Source: an uncultured Nitrososphaerota archaeon (GTDB lineage Archaea; Thermoproteota; Nitrososphaeria; Nitrososphaerales; CADDZS01). Taken from it: 64,000 nt of DNA. The translations under genes and the position numbers were made by a program. The DNA lies in contig CAWCYI010000006.1 of assembly GCA_963799845.1 (NCBI GenBank), positions 1,504,001 through 1,568,000 on the forward strand, read 5' to 3'. Below the pieces are notes generated by a model. The model worked only from the letters and a program-made list of their open reading frames with translations. It was not told the origin of the DNA and searched no databases. Below are positions 20,125 through 30,575 of the stretch, piece after piece. Position 1 is the stretch's first letter, and every line of letters starts with the position of its first letter.

Positions 20125-21102
20125 TTGAGCGATCAGTATCGGAGAAGGCTTTCCACTAGAATTACCATGGTCATTGATCGGCTGTATGGGCTTGTTCGGG
20201 AGGAGTTCGATCAAATATCCGAACACGTCGACATTGTCGAAATAGGATGGGGCCTCCCGCTCATATGGAAAGAAGAAGCACTCGCTTCGAGAATCAAATA
20301 CTATCGAAAGAACGGCATTCGAGTTTCCACATCAGGCACTCTTCTGGAACACTCCATTTTCCATAATTCTGTTGAGGCGACCCTGAAGAAAGTTCACAAG
20401 CTAGGATTTGACCTGGTCGAAATATCGGATGGAATTATTGATCTCTCGCAGGAGGACAAGATCAGATTTTCCAAGGAAGTAAAGTCGCACGGCTTTGACA
20501 CTCTCATCGCCGTAGGGAAGAAGGATCCCGCAAGTCAGCTTTCTCCCGCGGAGACCGTTTCACAAATCGAAACCGCGCTTTCTTTGAACCCAGTCAAGGT
20601 GGTTTTGGAGGGACGGGAGCGCGGGCGCGGCGTAGGAATTTACGATGAAAACGGTATCATAAAGTGGAACGATTTGAGGTCGATCACGAATAGGATCGAT
20701 CAAAAAGACATCATATTTGAAGCCCCGAGCGAGACCCAACAGGCATCGTTAATCCTCGAGCTTGGTTCGGATGTGAACATCGGCAACGTGGCACTGACGT
20801 CGGTTGCCTCTCTGGAATCTGAGCGCCAGGGATTGAGGTTCGACACGTTCGGGATTGACAGGCCGCAAAAAAACGTCACTGGAGGGCCGTCAGTAAAATT
20901 CGTCTTGTTTGCAATAAGAAATTACCAGCCAGTCGATCAGCAGCAGCTGGTATCAATGACGCGTCTTCCACTGAGAACAGTGCAAAAAGCCCTTGAGCAG
21001 TTGCTAAAGAATAAACTGATCACCGAACATCCAGACTTTGAAGACAGAAGAAGCCGTATTTACAGGACGACCGGAGCTTCGTCTCCAATTTCAAGAAGGT
21101 AG
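20125..21102 (+). CDS. comA: Phosphosulfolactate synthase (ComA)-like TIM barrel fused to a C-terminal MarR-type winged helix
   Basis: TMVID, GWG, VEISDG, VGKK, EGRE, IFEAP, GLRFDTF, then SVKFVLFAI...LPLRTVQKALEQL...DRRSRIY. Confidence 0.85.
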   Translation: MSDQYRRRLSTRITMVIDRLYGLVREEFDQISEHVDIVEIGWGLPLIWKEEALASRIKYYRKNGIRVSTSGTLLEHSIFHNSVEATLKKVHKLGFDLVEISDGIIDLSQEDKIRFSKEVKSHGFDTLIAVGKKDPASQLSPAETVSQIETALSLNPVKVVLEGRERGRGVGIYDENGIIKWNDLRSITNRIDQKDIIFEAPSETQQASLILELGSDVNIGNVALTSVASLESERQGLRFDTFGIDRPQKNVTGGPSVKFVLFAIRNYQPVDQQQLVSMTRLPLRTVQKALEQLLKNKLITEHPDFEDRRSRIYRTTGASSPISRR

Positions 21103-21904
21103 AGTGTTTACTTAATTAGAGCAAGGCCGACATCCATGGCCCAAATTAAACGTCAAGCTAGTTCGAGAGTAATCGAAAGACTGGTGGGCAATCTTTCCGT
21201 TACGCACGACAAAAAAGTTCTAGTCGAGCATTCGCTTCATCTCAGTCTCATGAAGCTGCCAGTCACAGGTGAGACAGAGAAATTGCTTGTGATCAGAACA
21301 GTATGAAACCTCCTCATCGTAACCGCATTTCTCGCAGAAACTGTAAGTTACCAACTAGCTCATGCACGAACTCTCGTTGGACCGCCCTATTTACACTAGA
21401 AGATCGTTTTTGAAATTCGTAATCGGATGATCAGAAATCCCGTCGGAGTGCCTAAATTTACTCCATCTCTGGACATTCAAGATTTCAAAGAATCTGTGAC
21501 TTGATTTAGAATTCTTTGTCTCCTAAATTGGAGTCATCAAGTGGCATTCTCTTTGGAAGAAAAACGATTGGCCAAATCTGGGGCTTTGCGGATTGTAGGG
21601 CCAAGAGAGGGTCTGGAGTTATCGCAAGATTAGTCCTGAGCCGCTCCACGTGACTTCGTACATTCAATTTTCTTCCAAAGGGGTGGTCAAGGCCTGGACC
21701 GAAATAAATCCTCAAGGGACGGGCCTGAGGCGAGTAATCGAAATTTGTGAAGTTGCCAGAAATCTTCTGTAAAACGGGTTCTCGGAATCCTTTCGAAATC
21801 TCTCCGGCCCTCAAAAATGGCGATTCCGTAATCTTGCCTAAAGCGGAAAGTATGAAATCGTTCTGTATAGCCCCTTAAGAACTAAAAATTATGCAGAAAA
21901 ATGA

Positions 21905-21930
21905 AATTAACCCAATAAATTGGGTTAATT
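21905..21930 (-). terminator. Perfect 12-bp hairpin followed by a T-run
   Basis: AATTAACCCAAT-AA-ATTGGGTTAATT directly after the stop at 21931. Confidence 0.55.
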
Positions 21931-22149
21931 CTAGTCGAAATATAGAGGATTTAATTTGGAAACCCTTGACGGTATACCCAATCTAGCGCTGGTCCTTCGG
22001 CGCGAAGCGGTCTGCTGACATTGCTTGGAACAGTACTTTCTCCTGAGGCCGAAAATAGCCGATTCGTTCTCCGAGAGCTTTTCGCCGCAAAAGTCGCAAA
22101 ATCTGTCCTTGACTTCTTCTTTCTTTTGTTTCAATTTTACTTCTGCCAT
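21931..22149 (-). CDS. Small Zn-finger protein
   Basis: CDFCG...RKYCSKQC. Confidence 0.7.
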   Translation of the reverse strand: MAEVKLKQKKEEVKDRFCDFCGEKLSENESAIFGLRRKYCSKQCQQTASRRRTSARLGIPSRVSKLNPLYFD

Positions 22150-22493
22150 GCATCAACACGTTCCTTTACTTTCTAGAATCTCAATGATCTGATGAGTAAA
22201 GGCGAGAATTTTATCCGCTATATACTTGACGGCTCGCTTGCGAAAATTCCATTTCACATGTAGAGGTCGTGCCGTTGCAATACAAAGTCCTCTTTTTTAC
22301 GATTAAATTGTCGATAACTGGAGAAAATTGGAATGTCCCTCGACTGGAGACGAACGTGTGCACTTTTTAAGAAAATAGTATGCTAATCATGAAATTAGAA
22401 GCCAAAATTCAACCATTAGGATTGCAGATAATAAGACGAAATCAGGAGTTAGAAATCGTACCTCTAAAATAAGACTTTAGGGCATCAATTCTC

Positions 22494-24419
22494 GTGCAGC
22501 GCGGATTATCGAAATCAACTAAAAGGGTGGTTGTGAAAAATCACCTTCGCGGCTTGGACGAAGCCGAAAATGCCAAGAGTTCAAGCTCTTTATCTAGAAC
22601 TGTGTTGACCACAGGAGAAATTAATTCCGTTATCAGTGAATTTGAGTCCGAGGCTGAGAAGAAGGGACTCGAATCAGTTTCAAAGGACTATGGAGTTAAT
22701 AACTTGACTAGAGACCTATGGGAGGTTGCGAGCTTCAAGCGCAAAAACAAAATCGAGTTGTCTTCCATGCTTGAAGGGGGGAGTATTGCGGTCGCCCTCA
22801 AGAAATTTGGCGCCGGCATGCCAGAATTTGAACAGTTTTTGAATTCAGTCTACACCAGATCTCTGGAAAAGGGTTACACTCCAAATGAAATAATTTCTCA
22901 GAGTGCCAAACTAGAGGCTCTGGAAAAAAAGTACGGGATGAAGTTTGACTCTCTAAAGACAACCTACGAAGATATAGGCAAATCTCTCGCCGGTAGGAAG
23001 AAAGAGAAAACTGATCTCGAGTCAGGGATCGCACAGCTTTCTCAGAGAAAGACCGATCTTATGGCTCGCTATACCCTGGATGAGCAAAAGATCCAGGATT
23101 ATGCAAGCACCAAACAGCAACTTGCACTTGCAGGACTCGATATCATCAGCCTGCAAAATTTGAAGAATTTCTTGGTGGCTCTGAAGAGCGAGAAGTTTGA
23201 CTCCAAGAAGATAATCGACAAGCTAAATTCGATAACAGATCTCCAGGCTCAGTTAACACGGATCCAGCAGGAAGCAAAGGTTGCCAGGCAGGACTTGGAT
23301 GAAAAAAAATCTCTTCTCTCCGAAATCAAGAAGCTAGAAGAATTGAAGCTGACCGTCGAGCAAGTTGAAAGACTCCGAGGTCTCATAGTGAGAATCTCTT
23401 CTGATCATAAAGTCGATCCGCTTCAGGCGTATAATCGATTTGAGCAGGATATATTGCAGAGCTACAATACGATACTGGGGCTGAGACCTGAAGCTTCGAG
23501 GCTGGAGGAAAACAAAAGGAGAATCGAAGCCGAAATCAGCACCAAAAAGAAGGATCTGGAATCTGTTGAAGCGACAGTCTCGGACAAAATCAAGAAGCTT
23601 GACGAAAAGTACTCCAAACAGAAAGAGGAAGTTGAAGCTTACAACCAGCTGAGGGCGCTGGGAATCGACGGCAAGAGAATCTTGTCATGGAATCAAATAA
23701 TGAAGTCTGCCAATCTCGACTATGGAACTATCGAGGGGGAGCTGAGAAATCAAGCAAACCTCAAGGGCCTGGAAGACAAGACGAGCGCGAAGATCAAAGA
23801 GCTCGTAGCAGAGGAGCTGAGACTTTCGCAGTCGGTCTCTCAACTCAATCAAGAAAAACAGAAAATAGAATCCTCGATTTCGGTGATGCGAGAGAGCGCT
23901 CTGAGCGGAATCGGCGAATTGAGCTCGAAAATACTAACGTCGATCTCCACTCTCAAGGAACAGGCCGAGGAAAGATTGACAGAAACTGCCAGCGAGAGTC
24001 AAAAGTCGCTGGAAGATATGAGAAATTCAACTCAACAACAAATCAAACAGGTCTCTGATTCAGCACTTTCCGACCTGAAGAAGACAGTTTCCGAGCTAAG
24101 GTCGTCGACCGAGGATTTTTCGAAAGAGCTCAAGAGTTCAATTCAACTGGCGGGTCCGGAAATCAAGAATGTCGGACTGGCTCTTGAAGCCGGTGAAAAG
24201 CTTGGAAAATATAGGAACATCCTGCCTCTGTTGCAGTTGATCGATGGAAATGGCAATGGAGACGAGTCCGAAGCGCTAATTGCGATGTGGAATCTGTCCA
24301 GTCGGTTTCATGCATGGCTCGAGAACCATTACCCGGACTCGAAAAAGGACATGTCTGAACCGCTTGCCGAACTTCTGAAATCGATAAACGACGAAATACA
24401 AAGAGTTGGCGTGGATTAA
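22494..24419 (+). CDS. Long coiled-coil protein; intact paralog of 2262-3517
   Basis: 641 aa, heptad-rich, no Walker A motif; C-terminal LPLLQLIDGNGNG. Confidence 0.8.
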   Translation: MQRGLSKSTKRVVVKNHLRGLDEAENAKSSSSLSRTVLTTGEINSVISEFESEAEKKGLESVSKDYGVNNLTRDLWEVASFKRKNKIELSSMLEGGSIAVALKKFGAGMPEFEQFLNSVYTRSLEKGYTPNEIISQSAKLEALEKKYGMKFDSLKTTYEDIGKSLAGRKKEKTDLESGIAQLSQRKTDLMARYTLDEQKIQDYASTKQQLALAGLDIISLQNLKNFLVALKSEKFDSKKIIDKLNSITDLQAQLTRIQQEAKVARQDLDEKKSLLSEIKKLEELKLTVEQVERLRGLIVRISSDHKVDPLQAYNRFEQDILQSYNTILGLRPEASRLEENKRRIEAEISTKKKDLESVEATVSDKIKKLDEKYSKQKEEVEAYNQLRALGIDGKRILSWNQIMKSANLDYGTIEGELRNQANLKGLEDKTSAKIKELVAEELRLSQSVSQLNQEKQKIESSISVMRESALSGIGELSSKILTSISTLKEQAEERLTETASESQKSLEDMRNSTQQQIKQVSDSALSDLKKTVSELRSSTEDFSKELKSSIQLAGPEIKNVGLALEAGEKLGKYRNILPLLQLIDGNGNGDESEALIAMWNLSSRFHAWLENHYPDSKKDMSEPLAELLKSINDEIQRVGVD

Positions 24420-24933
24420 GGAGGCCGAAGGTATGTCGGTCCCCGAAAGCTCCAGTGAAGACAAATTCCAGGAAATCTTTCAGATTTTTGAATCTTCCGA
24501 CCGTGATCTGGGAGAAGACCTGTGGTTAATTGCGGAAAGGATCATGCTGTACAGACTCACCAGAGCCGGCGAACAAAAGCGGATAGAGCTCGCTTCCATG
24601 GTTCATTTGATTCATGAAATAATGTCAGAAACCGAAGCGGCAGAGAAGCTATCTCCGGAAATTGTTCAGCTTAATAATTCAGCTTCGGACGGATTCAAAG
24701 GCGATTCAGAGGCGAACCTTTCTCTGGTCTTCACGACTGTGGTCGACGAAACGGAAAAAATGAACCCCGAGCAGTTGTATCGACTCATCTCGGCGCTGAG
24801 AAAGTTCGAATTGCCACCGCAAAACGATCTTGCTATCGAGCCCTTGGAGAAGGCGCAGGAGTATCTCGGCGAAAGTCTCACGCAAGATTCTCAGTGGGAC
24901 TATCTAGCTGATGACGCCAGCTCTTTGACATAA
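24406..24933 (+). CDS. Acidic hypothetical protein coupled to the coiled-coil gene
   Basis: 175-aa ORF overlapping the upstream stop. Confidence 0.65.
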   Translation: MAWIKEAEGMSVPESSSEDKFQEIFQIFESSDRDLGEDLWLIAERIMLYRLTRAGEQKRIELASMVHLIHEIMSETEAAEKLSPEIVQLNNSASDGFKGDSEANLSLVFTTVVDETEKMNPEQLYRLISALRKFELPPQNDLAIEPLEKAQEYLGESLTQDSQWDYLADDASSLT

Positions 24934-25088
24934 TCTTCAATTCTCACAATCTACTAGAACCGATACATTGGGCTAAAGACTGATTTTCGCCTTCCTTCGT
25001 TGTTCAACTTGTTGAACAGAAGAATTTGACACGATGGTGATGTGTTCAAAATAGATTGTTCTAATATGGTCTTTGACAGCATACTGGT

Positions 25089-26312
25089 ATGAGCTCCAGC
25101 CGAAGTCTGGTTTTTTCCGCGGTTATCGCTGCCGTGATAGCCATAGCTCTAGTTTCGGGAGTTGTCGCGATAGGCGTCCTCAACACGACGCAGACTACTT
25201 TGAGACATACTGGTGTTACCTCTTCTGTTGAAAGCAATAGTTCGGTTCAGGTTGGGCCTGCCAGCCAGTTGTCGGCTACAGTGACAACCAATTCTCAATC
25301 AACTTCTAGCATTGTAGCGGGACAGGGTGGCTCGCTCGCGGTATTGATGACTGACCCTCCCACTGTTCCGGACGGCGTTACCTCGGTTTTCATAAATTAT
25401 TCCAATCTGGCAATCCACATTAGCAGCGCTGGAAACGCCACAGGCTGGCATTCTTTGGGCGTTGCTGGGCAAATTGATCTCATGAGCGTGATCAACTCTA
25501 CGCAGACTGTCGCGGAGGCAAACATTACCTCGGGCAATTTCAATGCGCTCGCGTTCAATATAACCTCAGCCGTCGTGACATTTCAAGGGGTGAACTATTC
25601 TGCTGACCTGGTCTATCAAGACCACGAGCTCTTTGTGCCTATTGTTGGCGGGATTGACATAACCGATGGTCAGACGTCTGCTGCGGTCATCGACCTGACG
25701 CCAACGGTGCTTCTTTTGGGCAACGTTTCTGACCCCGTCTTTGCTTTCATCCCCTCTGCGAGAGCATACACCATCCCTGCGCAATCGGTCAGCACGCTCC
25801 ATCTGCAGGTAGGCGATAGGGATAAGATCCAAAATGCTTCCTGGTGGGTGAAGATCCTTCACGGTTCGAAGTTTGGGATCACCGGAATTACGCTAACTTC
25901 TTCCTCGCTGTCGTTCACCATCTCGAATAGTGGAAATTCGGCACTAGTATTTAGAATCGCGGACCTTTCCTCCACCATGTCCCCCGCCGGCGGGAATATC
26001 CCGATTTCAAATCTTGCGTCCACTTTGTCCATATCGGAGGTCTTTGTAATCGAGCACAATTCGACCCTTGTGCCGATAACAGTAGTTGGAAATGGAGTAG
26101 CGGACAAGTTGATTGATTCCTCCGGGTATCTTCTTCCGATTGGCAATTTGACTTCATTTTCTTACTCCGGCTCGATTACCCTTGGAGCGGCGCAGGTGCA
26201 GACAACAACTTTCAGGCACATGCCGGTTCAGGAGATAGTCCCGGGGCAGAAGTACGTCCTGACGTTGATCGGGAACGGATTGGTCGCGCAGGCGATTGTG
26301 ACGGCGTCCTAG
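25089..26312 (+). CDS. DUF4382-domain surface protein
   Basis: N-terminal TM, S/T-rich linker, LAVLMTDPPTVPDGVT motif. Confidence 0.8.
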   Translation: MSSSRSLVFSAVIAAVIAIALVSGVVAIGVLNTTQTTLRHTGVTSSVESNSSVQVGPASQLSATVTTNSQSTSSIVAGQGGSLAVLMTDPPTVPDGVTSVFINYSNLAIHISSAGNATGWHSLGVAGQIDLMSVINSTQTVAEANITSGNFNALAFNITSAVVTFQGVNYSADLVYQDHELFVPIVGGIDITDGQTSAAVIDLTPTVLLLGNVSDPVFAFIPSARAYTIPAQSVSTLHLQVGDRDKIQNASWWVKILHGSKFGITGITLTSSSLSFTISNSGNSALVFRIADLSSTMSPAGGNIPISNLASTLSISEVFVIEHNSTLVPITVVGNGVADKLIDSSGYLLPIGNLTSFSYSGSITLGAAQVQTTTFRHMPVQEIVPGQKYVLTLIGNGLVAQAIVTAS

Positions 26313-26554
26313 CAATTCGGAACTAAGCGGTTGCAATTCAGTTAGGTCAGAACTTTTACTAGATTCTCCAACATACTCGTATAGGATAGAGTGGATGATT
26401 TACCCTTTATCCCTCAGCGACCCCTCGTCTTCAATAGACGTGAATTGCTGACGAGCCACAGCGATGGGCGTTTTCGTAGCGATTGGATACCTTTTCGATT
26501 TGCTCGTTAGTATTATTCTGAGAACGACCGTTAGACCCAGGAGTGAAATGCAAG

Positions 26555-26809
26555 TTAAAGTCCGCGTTTGTAATCTACAAACAAAATGACCAGATATGGG
26601 GCTGGTATCATTCTCGTGATGGGAAATACGAATCTAAAGTCAAAATTGTAAACTGGACCCAGCGCGTGATGAACCACCGAGCAATTTGCTGGAGAGCAGT
26701 TGTAGTAATAGTTCAGGAGCAGGAGACAAGCCAGAAAGAAACTGGCGATTGCGAAAACAGCCTCCGTAAGAAAACCAGCAACCTTCGATACCCTCCCGCT
26801 TAACGCCAA
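26555..26809 (-). CDS. Small two-TM hypothetical protein
   Basis: Two hydrophobic segments flanking a Cys pair. Confidence 0.4.
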   Translation of the reverse strand: MALSGRVSKVAGFLTEAVFAIASFFLACLLLLNYYYNCSPANCSVVHHALGPVYNFDFRFVFPITRMIPAPYLVILFVDYKRGL

Positions 26810-26905
26810 TTTGTCGAAGTAGAACTACTTGAGGTATTTTTCAAGCATTTTCTATATAGAATAAATTCCAACTTTGGACTAGGGTATAGCATGCTCGGGC
26901 CGAGA

Positions 26906-27397
26906 TTAATGTCGAATGGGCTTATTGTAAAACCACTGCATTGGAGGAGGTTCGATGTCATCCTGCCAAAACAAGCAGATCAGCTCACCGAGGTGGTAGA
27001 GCTGCTCCGTGAAGGATTGGAATAAACACTCCTCAACTGTCAGGTCAAATTTTTTTCCTGAAGACAATTCAAAAGACACTTTCCTTTTGAGCTCGTCTGC
27101 GGTCGCCTTTGAAAAATAATCCAGTGTCTTTTTTTCAACTTCAGAGAGATGTTCTAGAATCATGCTCATATTGGTGTAATCGTTCGAGCTTCTTCGAGAA
27201 TATTCCTTCGACTTTTCATGGATAGCGTAGTTCACGATCCAATCTTCGTTGTCGATCATGTGGAGGAGAACGTTTTTCATCGAGTAGAAACTGGCTTCCC
27301 TGTTCTTCACAACTTCCTCCCAAGAAAGCTCCGACAGCTTGTTTGAGAAGCGTCTCCGCACGGTACGCGAGTATTCGTACAGTTCTGCTATGTCCAA
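26906..27397 (-). CDS. DinB/YfiT-family four-helix-bundle protein
   Basis: SMKNVLLHMIDNEDW...EQLYHLGEL; TTG start inferred. Confidence 0.8.
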   Translation of the reverse strand: MDIAELYEYSRTVRRRFSNKLSELSWEEVVKNREASFYSMKNVLLHMIDNEDWIVNYAIHEKSKEYSRRSSNDYTNMSMILEHLSEVEKKTLDYFSKATADELKRKVSFELSSGKKFDLTVEECLFQSFTEQLYHLGELICLFWQDDIEPPPMQWFYNKPIRH

Positions 27398-27500
27398 AGA
27401 TCTCACCTGAATTTCTGGAATTGTGAAATAAAAAATGAAATGGAAGGTAGTGTGGAAGTCCGGTGCCTCAAAATATAGGAGCACGGGTCCTAAAGACCCG

Positions 27501-27920
27501 TTATTTCCATGCTCGTTTCTGCCTTATTTGTTTAGGCCATATCGAGTCAGCTATCTTCACAATGATGAAGATTACCAGGGCGACGATTATGAAAGTTATT
27601 ACAGCAACCGCAAAGTCTCCAAGCCCAAAAATTTGACTGCGAAAAGTAGTGGAATAAGTTGCGAGGTTTCCTAGCCCTGGAGCCACTAACCCTATAACCG
27701 GCATGATCAGATCTTTCACTAGAGACTGCACGACAGCACCGAGATAGAGACCCAAAATAAATGCGACCGCAAGTCCCAACACCTTGTACTGCTCCAAGAA
27801 GTTCACAAATTCCTTCCTCATTCCCTTTGCGGGCGGAGGGGCAGGCGCGGGTGTCAGCAACTTTATGATTTGGTCTAGTTTCTCCAGCACTTTGTCATCA
27901 CTTAATGTACCATCCGTCAT
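27501..27920 (-). CDS. mscL: Large-conductance mechanosensitive channel
   Basis: EFVNFL...VLGLAVAFILG...SLVKDLIMP...GDFAVAVITFIIVA. Confidence 0.9.
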   Translation of the reverse strand: MTDGTLSDDKVLEKLDQIIKLLTPAPAPPPAKGMRKEFVNFLEQYKVLGLAVAFILGLYLGAVVQSLVKDLIMPVIGLVAPGLGNLATYSTTFRSQIFGLGDFAVAVITFIIVALVIFIIVKIADSIWPKQIRQKRAWK

Positions 27921-28207
27921 ATTGATTGTCAGGGGCAACGAGTCAAATGCTACTAAATAAATAAGATCGTAATCCTTCGTTCGAATCTTTCTTTCTAACG
28001 GAAATCCGGAGACGCTGGATGCGAGCGTCATGTCAAGCGGAAAACCGGTCTCGACATTCTCTTAGGTAGTGGCCCATTGATGATAAGACAAGGAGAGTAG
28101 CGGGCCCTATTTTTCAGAGTGCGAATAACAAGTCTGTTCCGATTTGCAATATATTCTAGAGAATCTGTTTATATCTCCCGAGACTGTTTCATGGAAGGGA
28201 AAGTCTC

Positions 28208-28429
28208 GTGGAAGGCGAAGAATCATACAACGTGGAAGTTACGATGCGGGTCTCAAGACAGGGAAAGGACATCGATAGAAAGAGGGTCGATTTTGGCATG
28301 CTGAAGGAAGCGCAGGTCAAAGGACTCGCAGATCTTTTTTCGATGATGGCCGCGAATGTTGAGTACATCAAGAACCTGACTCCGCAATTTGAGAAGATTG
28401 ACAAAACTAAGCCCGCTTACCTTCAGTAG
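28208..28429 (+). CDS. Small hypothetical protein
   Basis: 73-aa ORF with TTTATATC TATA box upstream. Confidence 0.55.
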   Translation: MEGEESYNVEVTMRVSRQGKDIDRKRVDFGMLKEAQVKGLADLFSMMAANVEYIKNLTPQFEKIDKTKPAYLQ

Positions 28430-28507
28430 TTTTTCAGTTTCAACGAAAGAGGAAAACTTTCTTCGATAAATCCTTCAAACTAAGTTTTCTGGAATTTGAT
28501 CTCCATC

Positions 28508-28792
28508 ATGATACTAGTCCACATCAGCGGACATTTGAAAGATTATACTGGCAAGAAAAGGGACATTGAGATTTCGGAAAATGTAGAGGATGTCTCTTCG
28601 CTAATTGAGAAATTGAACCTGATGTTTCCAGGAATCAAGGATAGAATTTTTGATGATCAGGATAGGACAAGGCAGTTCGTAAATATTTTTGTGAACGGAA
28701 CAAGCATTCGTGACGCTGGCCAAGAGGACACAAAACTTAAGGACGGTGATGCAGTGCACATCCTTCCATCAGTGGCTGGTGGCTATGCCTAA
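28508..28792 (+). CDS. MoaD/ThiS/SAMP ubiquitin-like protein ending VAGG-YA
   Basis: FVNIFVNG...LKDGDAVHILPSVAGG. Confidence 0.88.
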   Translation: MILVHISGHLKDYTGKKRDIEISENVEDVSSLIEKLNLMFPGIKDRIFDDQDRTRQFVNIFVNGTSIRDAGQEDTKLKDGDAVHILPSVAGGYA

Positions 28793-29876
28793 AAATCCAG
28801 AGCTTTCTCTGCTTCTCGTTGGCACGAAAAAAGGCGCTTTTGTGTTTTCGTCCAAGGATGGGCGAAGATCGTGGAAAGTATCCGGCCCTCACTTCAAAGG
28901 GAAGGAGGTCTACCACATCGCTTATGACAAGAGAAACAAGATACTCCTCGCTTCTGTGAATGACGAGCAATGGGGTCCGAGCATTGCAAGAAGTTTTGAT
29001 CTCGGGAAAAGCTGGAAGTTATCAAACCCTCCAAAGTTTCCAAAGAACGAAAATGGCGAGGCCGTGAAACGTGTTTGGCATATCAGGCCTGGACCGGAGA
29101 GTGAACCGGAGGTACTTTACTGCGGCGTGGAACCCGCGACGCTCTTCAGGAGCGATGACAGGGGCGAGAGCTGGACGGTTAACGAGGCACTGTTCACCCA
29201 TGAAACAAGATCAAAGTGGCAGCCCGGATTCGGTGGCCTTTGTCTCCACACGATTCTGGTGGATGAGAGAGACCCGAGAAATATTCACGTTGGTATCTCG
29301 GCAGTTGGAGCGCTGAATACCAAGGATGGCGGCGAGACGTGGAAATTTCAAAACAAGAACGTTCTGGCGGATTTCTCTCCCGAAAAATATCCTGAGTTCG
29401 GTCAGTGCGTGCACAAGATGGCGAGGAATGCTATGAGACCAGAAGTTCTGTTCCAGCAAAATCACTGCGGAATTTACCGGAGTGATGACGGAGGAGAAAA
29501 CTGGAAGGATATCAGGAATAACCTGCCTTCGAGGTTCGGCTTCCCGATTGCGGTAGACGCAAATAATCCCAAGAGGGTCTATGTGATTCCCTTGGAGGGA
29601 GATTTTTCCAGGGTCGTTCCCGGTGGAAAGTTTTCCGTCTGGGCTACGGACAATTCCGGAAGGGAATGGTTCTCTCTCGGAAGGGGGCTTCCGAAGCCAG
29701 CTTACTTTTCGGTTCTTCGAGATGCTATGAGCTCTGATCTGGAAGATCCCTGTGGTTTGTATGTTGGCACGACGACGGGTCACCTGTATGCCAGTCGGAA
29801 TCAGGGGAATTCATGGTCGAGCGTTAGCGACACGCTACCCTCGATCCTTTCGGTATCGGTCTCGGCTGCGGCCTGA
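28785..29876 (+). CDS. BNR/Asp-box beta-propeller protein
   Basis: LLVGTKKGAF start; repeated SxDxGxxW boxes (SKDGRRSW, SFDLGKSW, SDDRGESW, TKDGGETW, SDDGGENW). Confidence 0.88.
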   Translation: MPKNPELSLLLVGTKKGAFVFSSKDGRRSWKVSGPHFKGKEVYHIAYDKRNKILLASVNDEQWGPSIARSFDLGKSWKLSNPPKFPKNENGEAVKRVWHIRPGPESEPEVLYCGVEPATLFRSDDRGESWTVNEALFTHETRSKWQPGFGGLCLHTILVDERDPRNIHVGISAVGALNTKDGGETWKFQNKNVLADFSPEKYPEFGQCVHKMARNAMRPEVLFQQNHCGIYRSDDGGENWKDIRNNLPSRFGFPIAVDANNPKRVYVIPLEGDFSRVVPGGKFSVWATDNSGREWFSLGRGLPKPAYFSVLRDAMSSDLEDPCGLYVGTTTGHLYASRNQGNSWSSVSDTLPSILSVSVSAAA

Positions 29877-29989
29877 GAACGGCGAAAAGTGTTGGACAGA
29901 AAATCCAGACTGGCGCTTTACGCTTTCATCGCGGCAATTGTCGCGATTTCGGTTCTAGGTTTTGTTACGGCGTTTATCGCTTCGAGGGC

Positions 29990-30482
29990 CTAGGATTGCG
30001 CGATTAGCGTCTCGTTCAAAGTCTGTCCGTTGCTGAATTCTATGAAGCAATAGTACGCCGAAGTGTATCTTAAAGCAACATCGGCGTATCCTTCAAGCTG
30101 ATAATCCCCGCCACCAGGAATAACTGGCGAACTTTCAGCGATCGTCAAACACGCATTCGTTAGGGCGACGAAGACTGTCGCATTTTTTACTCCTGATCCT
30201 GATATGCTCACATTCTCAACTGTGATATTGTCAGCAGTCGGGTTTTGAATGAAAACTTCAAACTGAGCGTCTCCCTGACAGGTTAAATTCAGAGAGTGTG
30301 TGGAGGGGGGGCCACCAAAAAGCGCTATCTCTTCGTAAGCTCAGCTGATTAGATTGCGGCGCACTCGGCGCGACGCTCGCCCATACGAGGGCGATAACTA
30401 CCAATCCGACGAATCCCCCCACTACAATTCCAGTCAACAAGTTGCTGGAGATGGCGCTTCTCCGGGTCCTCGCGAATTTCAT
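29990..30482 (-). pseudogene. Archaeal type IV pilin-like protein split by a frameshift (about 30300-30345)
   Basis: Class III signal-like RRSA|ISS plus TM; alternative frame YEEIALFGGPPSTHSLNLTCQGDAQFEVFIQNP joins ORF 29990-30211. Confidence 0.6.
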
Positions 30483-30575
30483 CAGGAGAAATTGATCCGT
30501 TTTTCGGGTATTTCACATCTTTCATTGAGTATGCCCATAATTTAAATTCCAAATTGAAGAATCGTCGGAAGTAGA

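Noticed and set aside
20125-21102. Coenzyme M biosynthesis or methanogenesis
   Set aside because: No comB-E or mcr genes in the window, and the ComA domain is divergent and fused to a wHTH.
21103-21900. ORF 21506-21814 and a 56-aa ORF near 21136
   Set aside because: No recognisable motifs or supporting signals; may be non-coding.
22494-24419. SMC/Rad50 ATPase
   Set aside because: No Walker A/B or signature motifs.
28710-29876. True sialidase
   Set aside because: Only Asp-boxes are visible, with no FRIP motif or signal peptide; the ORF-track start at 28710 overlaps MoaD, so 28785 was used.
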